DNA of 57,205 nucleotides, counting the filler, from Jimgerdemannia flammicorona (lineage: Eukaryota), in assembly GCA_003990765.1 (NCBI GenBank). It is 2 parts of 2 records of this genome, joined end to end, with 100 filler letters (N's around TTAATTAATTAA, not from the genome) between each part and the next. Parts side by side here need not be neighbours in the genome. Positions count along the whole stretch, not along the records: positions 28,663 to 57,205 come from RBNJ01000553.1; 1 more part is not named here. The stretch is one strand, 5' to 3'. Below the pieces are notes generated by a model, which made no database searches, was not told the origin of the DNA, and worked only from the letters and a program-made list of their open reading frames with translations. Both the position numbers and the translations under genes were made by a program. Shown here one piece after another: positions 40,201-52,790 of this stretch; position 1 is the stretch's first letter, and every line of letters starts with the position of its first letter.

Positions 40201-40957
40201 AGTATCATTACAGGATCTCCGGAAATCACAAAATTGTGGAAAATTTCTTTGCTGGCTTTCATGGCGAGCTGATGGCAAGCAACAAGCAGTGCACCAAATG
40301 TAATGACTAGAAGAAATTATTATGATACTGTTGTTATCGGCAATTGATCCAGAAATTGGCTTAGATAATGAACATGGCTTTAGAATGTTGCCCCACCTGA
40401 TAGTCTACATGTTTTTTCCTGTTGGCCTGGTCGGCAGCCTGGTCGTCTTCAGTTTGGGGCTCACAGCTCTCCCACACATTGACGAAACGGAAAGCTGACA
40501 GCCCCAATAGAGTATCCAGGCCGATCATTGTACTTACAGCGCCTCCCAAGCTGTGGCCTGTGATGATGCAGGGAAAATTCTTGAGGCACATCCGGATGAT
40601 GTCCACGGGTACGGTCTTGGCCTGGTCAAAGAAATTTTTGTGAATGTGTGCACTGAGATTGCCGGCGAAAGTGTTGATGATGGTGCAGTCAGCCATACCC
40701 TCGAAAATATTGTCAGTTCCACGGAATGTGAAATATATGGTGGGTTCCTCAGCTTCTACTCGTCGCGCGATGCCCATGAGCATGTGCTGCCGAACTTCCA
40801 TCTTCGTGCCATCGTACACTGGCTGAGATTCAACAACTTTCACAACGACAAGGGACATGGCACATCGGCCTCTTTGTTTCTCAAAAGTCTCAATCGGGTT
40901 GTCTTCGTACGCCAGGCGTGATAGGATTGCGGCGTTGGTGAAGACCTCCAATGACAT
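37201..40957 (-). pseudogene. Multi-exon lipase class 3 / hydrophobic segment / P-loop GTPase fusion gene, apparently disrupted
   Basis: LSRLAY, FRGT, ITGHSLGG (lipase_3). GVVGGSRMG/KST spans intron 38132-38209 (G1), IIDFPG (G3), LVCLT*AD (G4-like, TAG at 37758-37760). Frame breaks lie between about 39400 and 40360. Confidence 0.68.
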
Positions 40958-41241
40958 TGCAAAATTGATGTGGGTTGTTGGAAGGACGTTTTTCCAAGCA
41001 AACGAGAGATAACCAAGTCACGGCCAACTTGTTTCAGTTCCCATCTGGTTATTTGGGGCGTGCTGCAATAAACCCAGACAAAGTGAACATGCAACATCAC
41101 TCAGGCATTAGGCTCAAAGATTTATTTTCACTCATGCTTTATCTGTAAATTCTTAATTATTCAATATCTACCACATAAAATGATTACAGTAAGTAGTCCA
41201 AAGAGATAACCTAATGCTCTTTGCTTTCATGCTTCTCTTCT

Positions 41242-41244
<3 letters not shown>

Positions 41245-41331
<87 letters not shown>
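41245..41331. repeat. 87-nt poly(T) tract
   Basis: Direct reading. Confidence 0.9.
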
Positions 41332-41332
<1 letters not shown>

Positions 41333-43512
41333 ATATTCTGACTTGTTTTATATTTCTGAGCAGCTTTGGAAAAGTCTTCATCTTTAAGATCACTTATTTC
41401 TTGCTTGACTTGATAAACATTAGGAGCTTTTATAATATTTCTGATATATTTATAGTCCAGTATAACAAATAATTTATCACTTATACCAGAAAAAGTCTTC
41501 AATAATCTTCTATTATAAATAGATCATTAATAAATATATCAAAATGAGGATGATTTTTTTTTTTAATTTATTCTCAGTAATATTCTTTTCTTTTCTTAAA
41601 CCTCTCAGGTTTTTGGATCATTAAACTTATGTTTAAAAACTTGCCTAAACTATTGAAAAACTTATTATTTTTTCTATTTCTATTACTAGTACTAATAATA
41701 ACCAATTCACTAATTAAATCTGCTTTTAAACAAGTCAATAACTCCTCAGCAATAGAAAGAAAAAGAGTGTTTTGATAATAATTAAAGTCTTTTAAATATC
41801 TTAGAAAAGGCTCTTCAGTCATTTTTTTTCTTTCTTAGTAATTTTTATCTTTAGATACTTGTTGAAAGCAAAAGCTATTTCAATACTTTCCCTACCATAC
41901 TCTATATATTCCTTTGAAACCATTTATTATTAAAAGGAGGATTTTCTTTTTCATGTCAACCTTTTTCATTAGTGAGTTACTATACTTTAGAATTTACTAG
42001 CTATAAGTATTTATCCAAATCAGTAATAATTTTGAGAGAGTGATCTTTGAGTTTTGCTTATTTATTAATAAAATAGTAGAGATATTTAGTTTTATTTTGA
42101 TTCATATTTATAGGTTTGGTAATATAAATAATTTTATTTATTAATAGGGTTAATTGGTCTTAGATAAGTAATATCTTTAAATTTATTCTAGACAAAGGGA
42201 CAAATATTGTGATAAAGATACTCCTGATATTTCAATTTCATAGAAAGAGACTTAAGTACTAGAAATGACAAGACTTTGATTTTTTCTATAGCTTGAGAAG
42301 TTATAGATTTACTAATCTTTAATAACTTAAATTTCTAGAAAGAATCATTAGCAATTTCTTAGACTTTGATCACTCTAAGTATTGAAACTTTTGCAGACTA
42401 GGTAATTTTTTAAAATAAGCTTATAGACTACTTATAATATTATAATATTGAAAATCTTTATCACTATTATAATATTGAGCTTTATTTAGTCTGATAATGC
42501 CAGATCTTTTTACTATATCTATAATATGATCTATACAGTCTACTGTAGTTTTAGAATAAAGTCTTTTAATCAGACCAAAGCTATTATTGCACTTGAATTT
42601 GATATAAACTGGTACTATAAAATTTAACTTAATACTTTCATAATAACTAATAATTACCAGATATAGGTAAAATCAAAGAGTGGTATTATTTTTGTTCTAC
42701 TTATCTACATTATTATATATAACTTTCATATTTATTTAATTACTTGATTCTATCAAAGACTAAGCTAAGTATATTATTTAGATTTTTTTCAAGTAGTTTA
42801 TTCTCATCAAGAACATAATTAATTTATTTTTTTACTACTTCATTTTACATATTAAACAAATATACTTTACAAGTACTAAGATAATATATCTTGCTGATTT
42901 ATTGATCTAATTGAGACATATGGACATTTTGAGCTCAGTTATAACTATAATATATAATTGCATTAATACTACAAGACAGTATCTTATCTTTTAGTATAGA
43001 ATAACTCTAATTAATGAGTTTTCTTTATTTTTTTACAAGGTTGATATTTCTATTATAATAGTTTCATTCTAATTTAACTTTAGTGAGATATTTTTTATAT
43101 CTCTTTAATAAATCTTGGACCTCTTTCTCTTTATGAGCTTTGAATTATAAATCATTCTATAAATATTGACAAGAATTATATAAATTAGTTCAGAGGTATA
43201 TACAGAGTTAACTAATATTATAATTTATAGAAGGTATCATATTTAAGAATATGCAAATTACTATTTTCTTTCAAGTCAGCTAAAAAGTCCTAGTAAACAG
43301 ACTTGTAACTCATTTCTACAAGTAAAAAGATAATCAATTGGATCACATGATTAATATTTCTTACTAAGCTAGATAGTTTATAAACTTCAGTATAATTCAA
43401 AAGAAAATTCTTCATTATAGTAGCTATATCTTTATTAATAATTATCTTGGTTTTTTTACTATGATATTCTCTTTATATTATTATGGAGTTATAACAGAAA
43501 ATCATTTTTTAC

Positions 43513-44713
43513 AGCATCCCTCTCTCTACTACCTTACTGGTCACAAGGTTTGGTAGGCAACCTTCTGAGTCCCCTTTTCCCTATTATTACTCTCTCTATC
43601 TCAGGTTGGTTTGCTGTACTTGCATAGGCATGGTGGGAGGAGGGCAATGGTGATGAGTTGCCCCTTTATCGGTATCAGATTGGTGTCTTCTCTACTTTTT
43701 CATAGTTTCTGGTACCTTCAGCTGCATCTGAAGTATATCCATTTTGGTGTAGCACCTTCTTCTTTTGCCATTGCCAACAAGGTATTGCCTTGGTTTGTCA
43801 CAGATTATATAGGAAGTCAGCTGACCTTGGGCATCAAGTACTCAGTATAGGTTATTTGCAGGTCCTTGGTACTTATGGTGGAGCTCTCTGGCTTTGGTGA
43901 GCTTCCCAGCAAGTACAGTTCTGGTATAGATGACTGTTTTTTGGGTATTGTCAGAATGAGAGGAGAGATAGCCATCACAGATAGAAGGATGGGTGATAAC
44001 AGTAAACCAGTGAGATGCCAGGCTGGGGGCAGTCATTGGGCCTGGGGCAGACAATATTTCAGTAGGGCCTTTTGATTGACTGGTGGAGAGTGGGGTAGTG
44101 CAGGGGCTGGCATCCTGGCTGTACCCAACTGAAACTGGGAGCTGACATGATAATGCGATCAAGGCCCATAGGCTTGGGGAGTGGGGCCTTTCTCATTTGG
44201 CAGTATCTGACTAGAACTGGGAGCTGATATGGCAATATGATCGAGGCCCACAGGCTTGGGGAGTGGGAGTGGGGTCTTTTTAGACCCTAGCCTATGTGTA
44301 AGTCCTTTGAGGAAAGTGCTGTATATAAGTTCTTTACTCACCCACTTTGAATCTACTTTGCTCTCTATTGGTTAGTTGGGGGGTTTTTTCTTTGCCTCAG
44401 GCTTTCTTTTGGAGTTTGGGGGGCTATTCTTTATTCAGTCCCAGCACTGCTAGGTCTGATGCATAGGTGTGCTCTCATGTATAAATGATGATCCAGCCCT
44501 GGTGAGCAGACAAGTCTAGTCTATATTGTGGGGGTTGATGTAGCTGGTGTTTGACAGGTATAGCTGGAGCAGTGGAATTGCTGGACAATTTAGTAGCCTA
44601 GGTTAATGGGGGGATATTGTTTAGTGGGTAGTGGGGGAGGGTTTTGGCCTATAGTCTAGGTTCTCTTCCAATAAAAATCCGCGGGACTATGAGTCTGTAA
44701 AAAAAAAAAAAAA
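43513..44713 (+). mobile_element. 5'-truncated non-LTR retroelement of a second family
   Basis: G-rich block within AT-rich DNA, AATAAA then poly(A) at about 44699-44713, and flanking duplication ATTTTTTAC at 43504-43512 and 44716-44724. Confidence 0.65.
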
Positions 44714-45764
44714 CTATTTTTTACTAAATAATTTTATATATTTTCAAAATGAGTATAACTAATTTTAAGTATATTTAAATAGATTTTCTAACAAAGAGAT
44801 ATACTATGGTCTAAGTAGTATAGAGTTCTTTTATTAATATATATAGACTTTCTTTTTGAGTTAGCAACTAGTACTTATAGATCTACTATCTATAACCTTA
44901 AGTTGAGTTATTAAAAAGATATCTTATTCCAAGTTAGAATGAGCTTAAAAAGCCTTATATATCTCAGTAAATACTTTCTTTAGAATTTTAGAGGAGCAAC
45001 TACAACTGCATTCAATCTCTAAAAATTAGAGTGCTTTCTCATTTAGTTATAATTGTATCATTTATTATATATATATTTTTTATATTTACTTTGTCTGATT
45101 TTGTAAAATTTCTTCTATATAGTATATTGAAAATATAAAGAAATACCCTTATATAATCTTTTAATCTTCTGATATTTTTCTTTTTTCTCAGTTCTTGGAA
45201 TATTTCTGGTAATTTCTGCTTATTGGAATTTAATTCCTACTGACTTTGTTCAGAAATATCTTCTTGGTAAGTAGTATTTATACTTCTATTAGAATTAATA
45301 TATAATTTTTAGTAAATTTTATAGATAATTCTCTCTATATCTAAATAGCTTTGATGTCAGATACTTTGGACAATTTTTTTGCCTTGCTTCTGTTTCAAAA
45401 TACTTCTAATGATACTGTAGTTTTTGGATTCCATAATGAACTTTATGTAAATTGGTTTCATATATTTATATTATTTATATAGGGATAGTCTTATGTTATA
45501 TATCCTTAATATTTTCTCATCTCAATAAAGCCGCGCAACTAACCTCTCCAACCTTTTTCTTCTCAAGTCTCTCTCTACCATCTTTTCTGCCACTTTCTCT
45601 GCCATCCTTACTATCTCCCTAGAATCCTCCTATCCTAACCCCACTCTTTTTATCACGCATTCCTTTGCCCATTGCTACATTCCCCTCTCCTTAATGTTCC
45701 AACCGTACCGCTTCCTCAGAAATCCAAGTGCAACGAGCCTGCCTTTAGTTGCACCACCTAATTG

Positions 45765-48700
45765 TTATTTCCGAGCCTTTTTAGGTGTTGGCATTTCTGT
45801 GACTGAGAACTGATCTTTCGCGATTCCGGAAAAGCTCACCCTCGTTCTTTGTGCTTCTGCTCGTAGTGCTTGTACAAGTTTCTTCGATCTTGCAATAAGC
45901 GACTACAGAACAGAATATATGTTTATAAAAGCATGCGAATCCAGAGGATATCTTGAAACCGCCTTTCTTCTTACCTTAATTTTGAGGGTCAAACGGCACA
46001 TTGACAGCGCATCGTGGATGGATTCAATCGAATGAGGTAGATAGGCGCTCCCCATCTCGGCAATGGCAAATACATTACTACCAACGTGGAAGACAATGTT
46101 CACCATTATTCGGAAGCCGACCACATGAACAGCAACCACACTCAATGCGGCGATCCCACTACGGAGCCGCTCAGAGAGATCGGCAGATCCGTAATCATTC
46201 TGGATCGTGCGAATAATGTGATTTAGTTGATCCCTTGCTGTCTTGACGGCCTTCACGAGATCTGCGCGAGACTTATCCGCTGCTTCCAGGTGGGTTGGAC
46301 CTGAGTTTTGCGCGATCCCCAGCTCTAGACCTCGAACGTTGTCCGGAAATAGTTGATAATTCTTAAAAAAAAAAAAAAAAAAAAAAAACACGTTCAAAAC
46401 TATCAAGGTATAACCGTAGAAAAAGGTATATATTTATATATACCGAGAAAAGCCAGTCAAAACGGTCGCCAACCGGCTTCGCAGTCGTCTTGCCTTCTTC
46501 TCGTCGAAAACGCGAAACCCTCGATTCCCCTTCACCGCTGGTTTAAAGATCGAAAAGAGTTATATCACTGAAAAATACAGCCGTTTATTGAGTACTTTAC
46601 TTACTAATGAAGGTGTATCTCCTCCCAAAGGATATTAAAAAAAGGACGTATAAGATGCACGTCAACATCTCTTTCCGTCAGTTCTGTTAGTAGAAACCCA
46701 GATCGAATGACCGTAAGGCTGGTAGAAAAAAAAGAAGGTATTAGCTAATTTGCGCTGCATGAGAATTGGAACTATCAGAAGGATTTACATACCAGTCTTC
46801 AATCGCACGAAAAACCCATTGTATTTCACCATCTTCGCCACTTAAACTCGTTAGATCGTTCGTGATATTGGATACTACTGTATTCGAGTGTATTTCTCCT
46901 TCGAGCAATTCGGACAGTGTTACAGGATTTGAGGTGCGGTATTCATTGGCTTTAAGTCGCCGGAGAAGGCCTGAGGCACCCTCTGAGCCAAGGTGGCGCG
47001 TTAATGATTCTATTGATTGGGCCGAGAGCTGCAAGCAAATACAAACAGGAATGAGAACACATACATACATGCATACAACATAAATGGAGCCAAATCCTAC
47101 CTGCTCCAAGACTTTCAGGATTTTATCCACACTATCAGAGAAGCGGGAAGCATTCATTGAGATGTTTTCAGCCTTGTCGTGTAGTATCTTGAGATACGGC
47201 ACCTCGATAAGGCTCGACGCACGTATATCACTATGGGTCAGTGATGGCGGGCGGATGTCAATTACGCGATAATATATTGGACTTGGGAATAAAGACATGC
47301 ATGTTAATAATTTTCTCTAAGAAGCAGCTACCATGCCATGTTACATTTATCTACCTGTAGTGTCCGTCTGGCAGTTCACGTACATCGTCGATTGACTGAA
47401 TTAAACTGCGGAGGAATGGATCACTCTCCTTGTGTGTAGGAAAGGGCGAATTAGAATTTTCAATACCAAAACACGAAATACACCTCTTCGATATAATAAT
47501 AACGACAAAATGCGGCCCGCAGCCTTTTAAGCAGAGCCTACCTCACTATCGTCCCTGTGATCCCCATTGCTGTTCTCCTCGCTGAGATCACTCTTGGCCT
47601 TGGTAGAAAAAAGACAAAAATTACAAGTGACAAAATTATATGTTATAGTTTGATAGTATCAAATCGAATTAATCCATACCTCTTCAGACTGCTCTTCTCT
47701 GAAAGATAGGGGTTTCCTTTTCTTCCTCTAGAAAGTTCAAACCTCGCATTCATTAATATGAGTAAATTCCGTATAACAATGAGCATCCTTTCTAAATTTG
47801 ACAACAATATATACCTTCGAAACCTTAGATATTTTTATCGGTGGACTTTCTTCAGTATCGCTGGCGATACTAAACGCATAAGTATAAGGTCAAATTGTAA
47901 AATAGTTAAACAGTGATGCTTGAAAGTAACTTACGATGGGAGATATTCCGAATTTAATCCTTCATCCAAATCCTCATCATCATCCTAACATATCAGCATT
48001 GTAATTGTAATTTTGTTAGCAATTTCGTTGTGCCAGTACTTCGCAAGCCACTTTTGATCGGCACTAAACGATTCTTACCTCGGATTCATCATTCACATCA
48101 GAGTCCCGACGTTTCACTTGCGAGCCCAGCCGTCCATGTAAATCCGATACATAATCAACTCGCGCTCTATCCTGGATGTCGTGAACCTTATTCCCTGTCT
48201 TGAAACAATTTGCAGCGAATTGGATCTGCAGAACAAAAAGTACACAAACATGTTAAATATATCTTTCTTGCTGAGGTAACACATCAAACAAGTATTACAT
48301 ACTTGCGCTACTTCTACTTCCCGTTCTTTTAACTCTTTTTCAACTTCTAACCAAAAAGCTCTGACCTCTCGTGTTCGTGCTTCACGCTTTATAACAATGT
48401 AAGAGAAATTAAACACATGCACCATACGCTTACGCTTTTTCAGAAAAAATTCGACTCAAAAATTTTTGGCTCTGGAGCCCACCGAAGACGTACTCCGTAA
48501 CAGCCCAAGACGTACTCAGATTGCTTAGGTGGGGACAAGGCTTAGGATGAGCCCACCGAAGACGTACTCCGTAACAGCTCAAGACGTACTCGGGCTGCTT
48601 AGGTGGTTGCATCGACACGTAGTCCGACTCATCCCTATCTCCTTTTTTTTTTGCCGTTGTAATGAAATAAAAGTCTTACCTTTACTTCAATTCCATTAGC

Positions 48701-48859
48701 AGCAAGAACCCATCTTTCATCGTCAGTAGTTTTAGGTATATGCTCCAAGAACTTGGCGATCTCGAAATGTTCTCTCGAAGAATCAAAGGAGAAATCGCTC
48801 TTCTCTTGACGGAATTTTAATATTGACAACAGACTAAGGTTTCCGGGATCTAAGGACAT
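45765..48859 (-). CDS. Multi-exon hypothetical gene with a C-terminal PD-(D/E)xK (REase-like, Crinkler-effector-like) domain; probably damaged
   Basis: GT-AG exons. TERDVD..IRPFF, ELGIAQNSG..DKSRADLVKAVK, VVAVHVVGFRI; ends MPTPKKARK*. Confidence 0.6.
48475..48606. repeat. Two-copy tandem repeat (period about 74 bp) in the first intron
   Basis: GAGCCCACCGAAGACGTACTCCGTAACAGCYCAAGACGTACTC...TGCTTAGGTGG occurs twice. Confidence 0.85.
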
Positions 48860-49339
48860 TTCCCATTGTCAAAGTCTCGTGGTACATAGGTCTGGGATAT
48901 CCGTGTAGATTTCGGAAAAACAGTCTAGTCAGATATCCGTATAAAATAATGCAGCCACGCGGAGGTCGAAGAAAATAATGACAGATCTAGGGGGGGTTTC
49001 TTACTCATATATTGAGTATGATCAAATGCCTTTCAAAAACAAGAATACTATACCTCGCCTGCAGCCTTGGACTGTTCCTCTGGCATCATACTGAGAACGA
49101 ATACACGAGAAAGAGTTTCTAGCAAGCGGTGAAAGGACAGTGCTTGTAATGATAGTTCCTGACAAAGTTGTTACGATTGTTAATTTTAAAGTCCTTACGT
49201 CGACGGTAGTGATTGTCGACGCTGCTTGGCTTATACCGTGACGTAATGCTCGATGCGTGACGTCAATGTTCACGTTGTTGCAGCACGCCCCATTTATACA
49301 ATTTGTGGCGCATGTGGTGGTGTATATATACGTCATCTG

Positions 49340-50010
49340 GCCATACTATGGCATTTGCTCGAACGAGTTTTTGCGATCCGTGAGATCAGAGTATCCACAA
49401 ATGGCGTCATATATGAACAACCTGGCTTCGCTCCACTTTAACAAGTGCAAATACGATAGAGCCCCCAGACACAGCAACATCTCTGAACCTGGCGATGCTC
49501 TGTGAAAGCTTGGGCAAAAATGACAATCACTTGCAATTCGTATAAAGGTGTTGAAATCAGAGCACGCAGACGTGGTGGCATTTTTGAACAACATGGCGAT
49601 GCTCTATAAAAGCTGGCGCAATTACGACAAAGCGGAGCCATCCGTGAGAAGGTGTTGGGATCAGAGCACTCGGACATGACATTATCAATGAATGACTAGG
49701 CTGTGTTATACTTTTATCCAGGCCAAGTATGACAAGGCGGAGCCGCTCTTCGAACAGGTGCTTGCAATCCATGAGAAGGTGATGGGATCAGAGGGCACAA
49801 TCTCTGGACAACCTGGCCAACGCTAGGGAAATTATGACAAGGCTGAGCCACTAAGCGAACGGACGCTTGCAATCCGTGAGAAGGTGTTGGGACCAGATTG
49901 CGAAATCTCTGAACAGCCTGGCTATTCTCTACAAATGTCAGGCCAAGTATGGCAAGGCGGAGCTACCTGGCGATTTGTTGGGACCAGAACACCCATGTCA
50001 ACATCATCCG
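49340..50010 (+). pseudogene. Frameshifted relic of kinesin-light-chain-like TPR repeats (NLR sensor type)
   Basis: Recurrent TCCGTGAGAAGGTGTTGGGATCAGAG (IREKVLGSE), NNLA..Y and GKYDKAEPLFE fragments across shifting frames. Confidence 0.8.
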
Positions 50011-50161
50011 GAGCATTAACGTCACAAACACATAAACACCATTATATCATATGTACACCACAAAACCAGCTTTATTTACTAAATAAAATTATTTCGCTTC
50101 ACACACGATGACGAAGTTTCTTATTATTAACACCATCATCATGACGGACTCAATGATGTAG

Positions 50162-52790
50162 TTATTTTCGCTGTCGCTTGCTCGGCGTTGTCATACACTC
50201 AGGCACCACTGCTCTCTTCACTTGACTTTTTTTTGTCATGCTTATTTTCTTGAATTCCTCCGCCGTAGTTGGTACTTTGCTGTTTACAGCCTTCACCGTT
50301 TCTCGTATAGCAACCTGACATATGGTGTGGATTAAAACAGTATGTTACGAATATTGTAGACACAATGCTAATCATATTTCGAGATCTTAATTGAAATTAC
50401 CTTAATACGCAATACAGTGGCAAGGATTTCTAGAACTGATGGGAATTTTTCATCGCTATCGGGAATCTCCATGATTTCGCCTCGCTGCACCCTGTATACA
50501 AACCCACATGGGCGGTCCATATAGATTGTCATCATGATGAGCCCTACAAATAATGTCTGAAAATCAGCATACATTCTACATTTTTCGTTCATATTCACCC
50601 GATACAATAAAGTACTCACCAGCGTGAATGATGCCAAAAGTTTGTATTTTCGCGCAATTCACTGGATCCCACTCTGCTTTCCTCATCAACTTCATAAGCA
50701 TATCTTTCAATATCTTTGGCAACTTCAGGCCTGCCTCCTTCAAGAATTTTGTCCCGAACTGGTCCGCCCACTGTTTTCCAGCTTCTCCCGCACCGTACTC
50801 GTCCCGTTCACCATTCCCGACACTCCTCAATATCCAATCACCACGGCGACCTAGCTTCCGCCGATTAGTCAACGTCCTGTGGGCATTCTTGCGAAGTGTG
50901 GTTGCGATGCTCGTACTTTCTCCACTTAACAAATGGAAAAGTCAACCAATTAGCGAGTACTCCTGTAATTTCATTAACAAATAGTTGAATACATGACACT
51001 TACCGTATAACAGCAATCCCTTTTAAATCTCTGATCGATGACTGCATGCCATACATGACAGTTATACCACGACTCGAAGTTGTTGCCTCGGAGTTGACCA
51101 CTCTCGATTTCTCTGATACTGAATAATAATCTTTCATTACATGCTGCTATCGAATATTCGCAAATAACGAAGGAAATCGACAACTTACATTGCATACAAT
51201 GCGAACCGGATGTAATCTAGATCGTGGTAAAGATCTCGAACGTAGTTTTTATCAAAGCGAGTGTCGCTCTTGTTCATTATCTCTCGAATATCTGTCAGAT
51301 TAGTCTTGCCGCTAAACTGGCTTAGATACTCAGCGACTTCGTCAAAAAGGTCCGGTATAATCGGCCCCGGCGTATCAATAATTTCTTCCAAATCTGCGTT
51401 ACTGAAATGCTTCTGGATAATTTCGTCATCGGTATCCAAGATGAACGAATGAATAGCACTAAAAGAAAGAAAAAAAGAAAAAAAAAAAATTAAAGCCCTT
51501 CGTATAGAATAATTATTATCAAGCAAACGTCTTAATTACTTACTGTTCAAATCTCAGTTCTTGTCCGATCCGGTACAGCTCTTCCTCAACGATCGTGCCG
51601 CTTTTTAATTTCCACATCTGCGACTTTGGCATTCGGTCATAGGCCGCTTTAATCTCCTCTCTGTGGACGTTGGTCAACGCAAATGGACCACCTACAGAGA
51701 AAATAGTGGGAATGTCTAGCTTCAACCGATATGGTGATTGATATTTCAAACAACGAAGTCTCACCACCTCTGCAGCAGAATCTTGGCACTTATTGTCCTC
51801 ACTCTCCGCTTCTCCTTCATCTTCATTCTCGCTTTCCTCCTCCTGAGCATGGGAATCAATATATTCAGCAACCAACCACAACTTTACAAAAACAAAGACA
51901 AGATACTGACCGGATCCTGTTTGTCCTGGTCGTCAGATTGCTCGCTGAGTAGGCTGGTAGTGGAGTTCGCCTATATGAATTAATTCACAAAGTTTGAAAA
52001 CTCAACATATGAACGATACCGCAATGAGCTGTACATGATTCATAAGAGCTTACTAGTTGTGTCCCTTGTTGATCTCCTCGAATTGCCTTCGACATAACTC
52101 GCTCGGACATTTCAGCAATAAAAGTGTTGGAGTTCCCCATCAAAGAGTTCCCCGTAAACGTAGTATTGTGGAGTTGAATTAAGGGTGGGCGACTTGCTCT
52201 GCTGTTGCGCCATATTTTAGCCTCCTGGCGATCAGATCGAGAGCCCTGTCACAAAATCATTTAAGAATATTTGCAGTATCCTCGACTAACATGTCTTTAA
52301 TCCTATCCGATTTCTTATTCCCATTAGATCGACATATAGGCGCGAACGTCGAGACCTATAGCCTTGAACGACAGAAATCCTATAGATTCCTGGGCTTCTA
52401 ATGGGGCCAGTGCTAAGTCGACCTATAGTCTTTGAACGTCAGAAATCCTATAGATTCCTGGGCCCTAGCAGTAGCTTCGTGGGCTCACCATATAGGCTTG
52501 AATGACAAAGATCCTATAGGTCCAAGCCACGCCACCAAATTTTTAACCAAAAAAAAAGAAAAAGAAAAAAAAAAACTCGCCTTCCGCTTGTATCTCTCAA
52601 TCAGTTTCCGTGCTCGTTCCTGTCTTCTGCCTTCTTCAGTATCCACGATGGCCACCAGAGAAGCAAGGTAAGACCCTATCTTGCATTGGAAAAGTTCCAG
52701 GTCACATTGGTTGAGGAAATCAACAATATTCCAAGTGGAGGACTTGCGCGTTTGCAAGGAGTACCAGTGCCGATTGGCTCGTTCAGTATG
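50162..52790 (-). CDS. Multi-exon hypothetical gene with a C-terminal PD-(D/E)xK (REase-like) domain; start codon unclear, possibly a pseudogene
   Basis: WNIVDFLN, MWKLKSGTIVEE, HSFILD, GESTSIATTLRKN..GRRGDWIL..EYGAGEAG..KLPKILKDML; ends MTTPSKRQRK*. Confidence 0.68.
52330..52522. repeat. Degenerate tandem repeat (about 67 bp, 2-3 copies) in the first intron
   Basis: ACCTATAGYCTTGAACGWCAGAAATCCTATAGATTCCTGGGC occurs twice, plus a diverged third copy. Confidence 0.75.

Noticed and set aside
41211..41502. Poly-Lys and poly-Phe ORFs (also 20975-21278)
   Set aside because: Translations of homopolymer tracts.
41332..43500. Possible CACTA/Plavaka-like transposase relic (GPLSL..NY.SF-like trace near 43115)
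   Set aside because: Too decayed to support a family call by eye; needs a profile search after reversing transitions.
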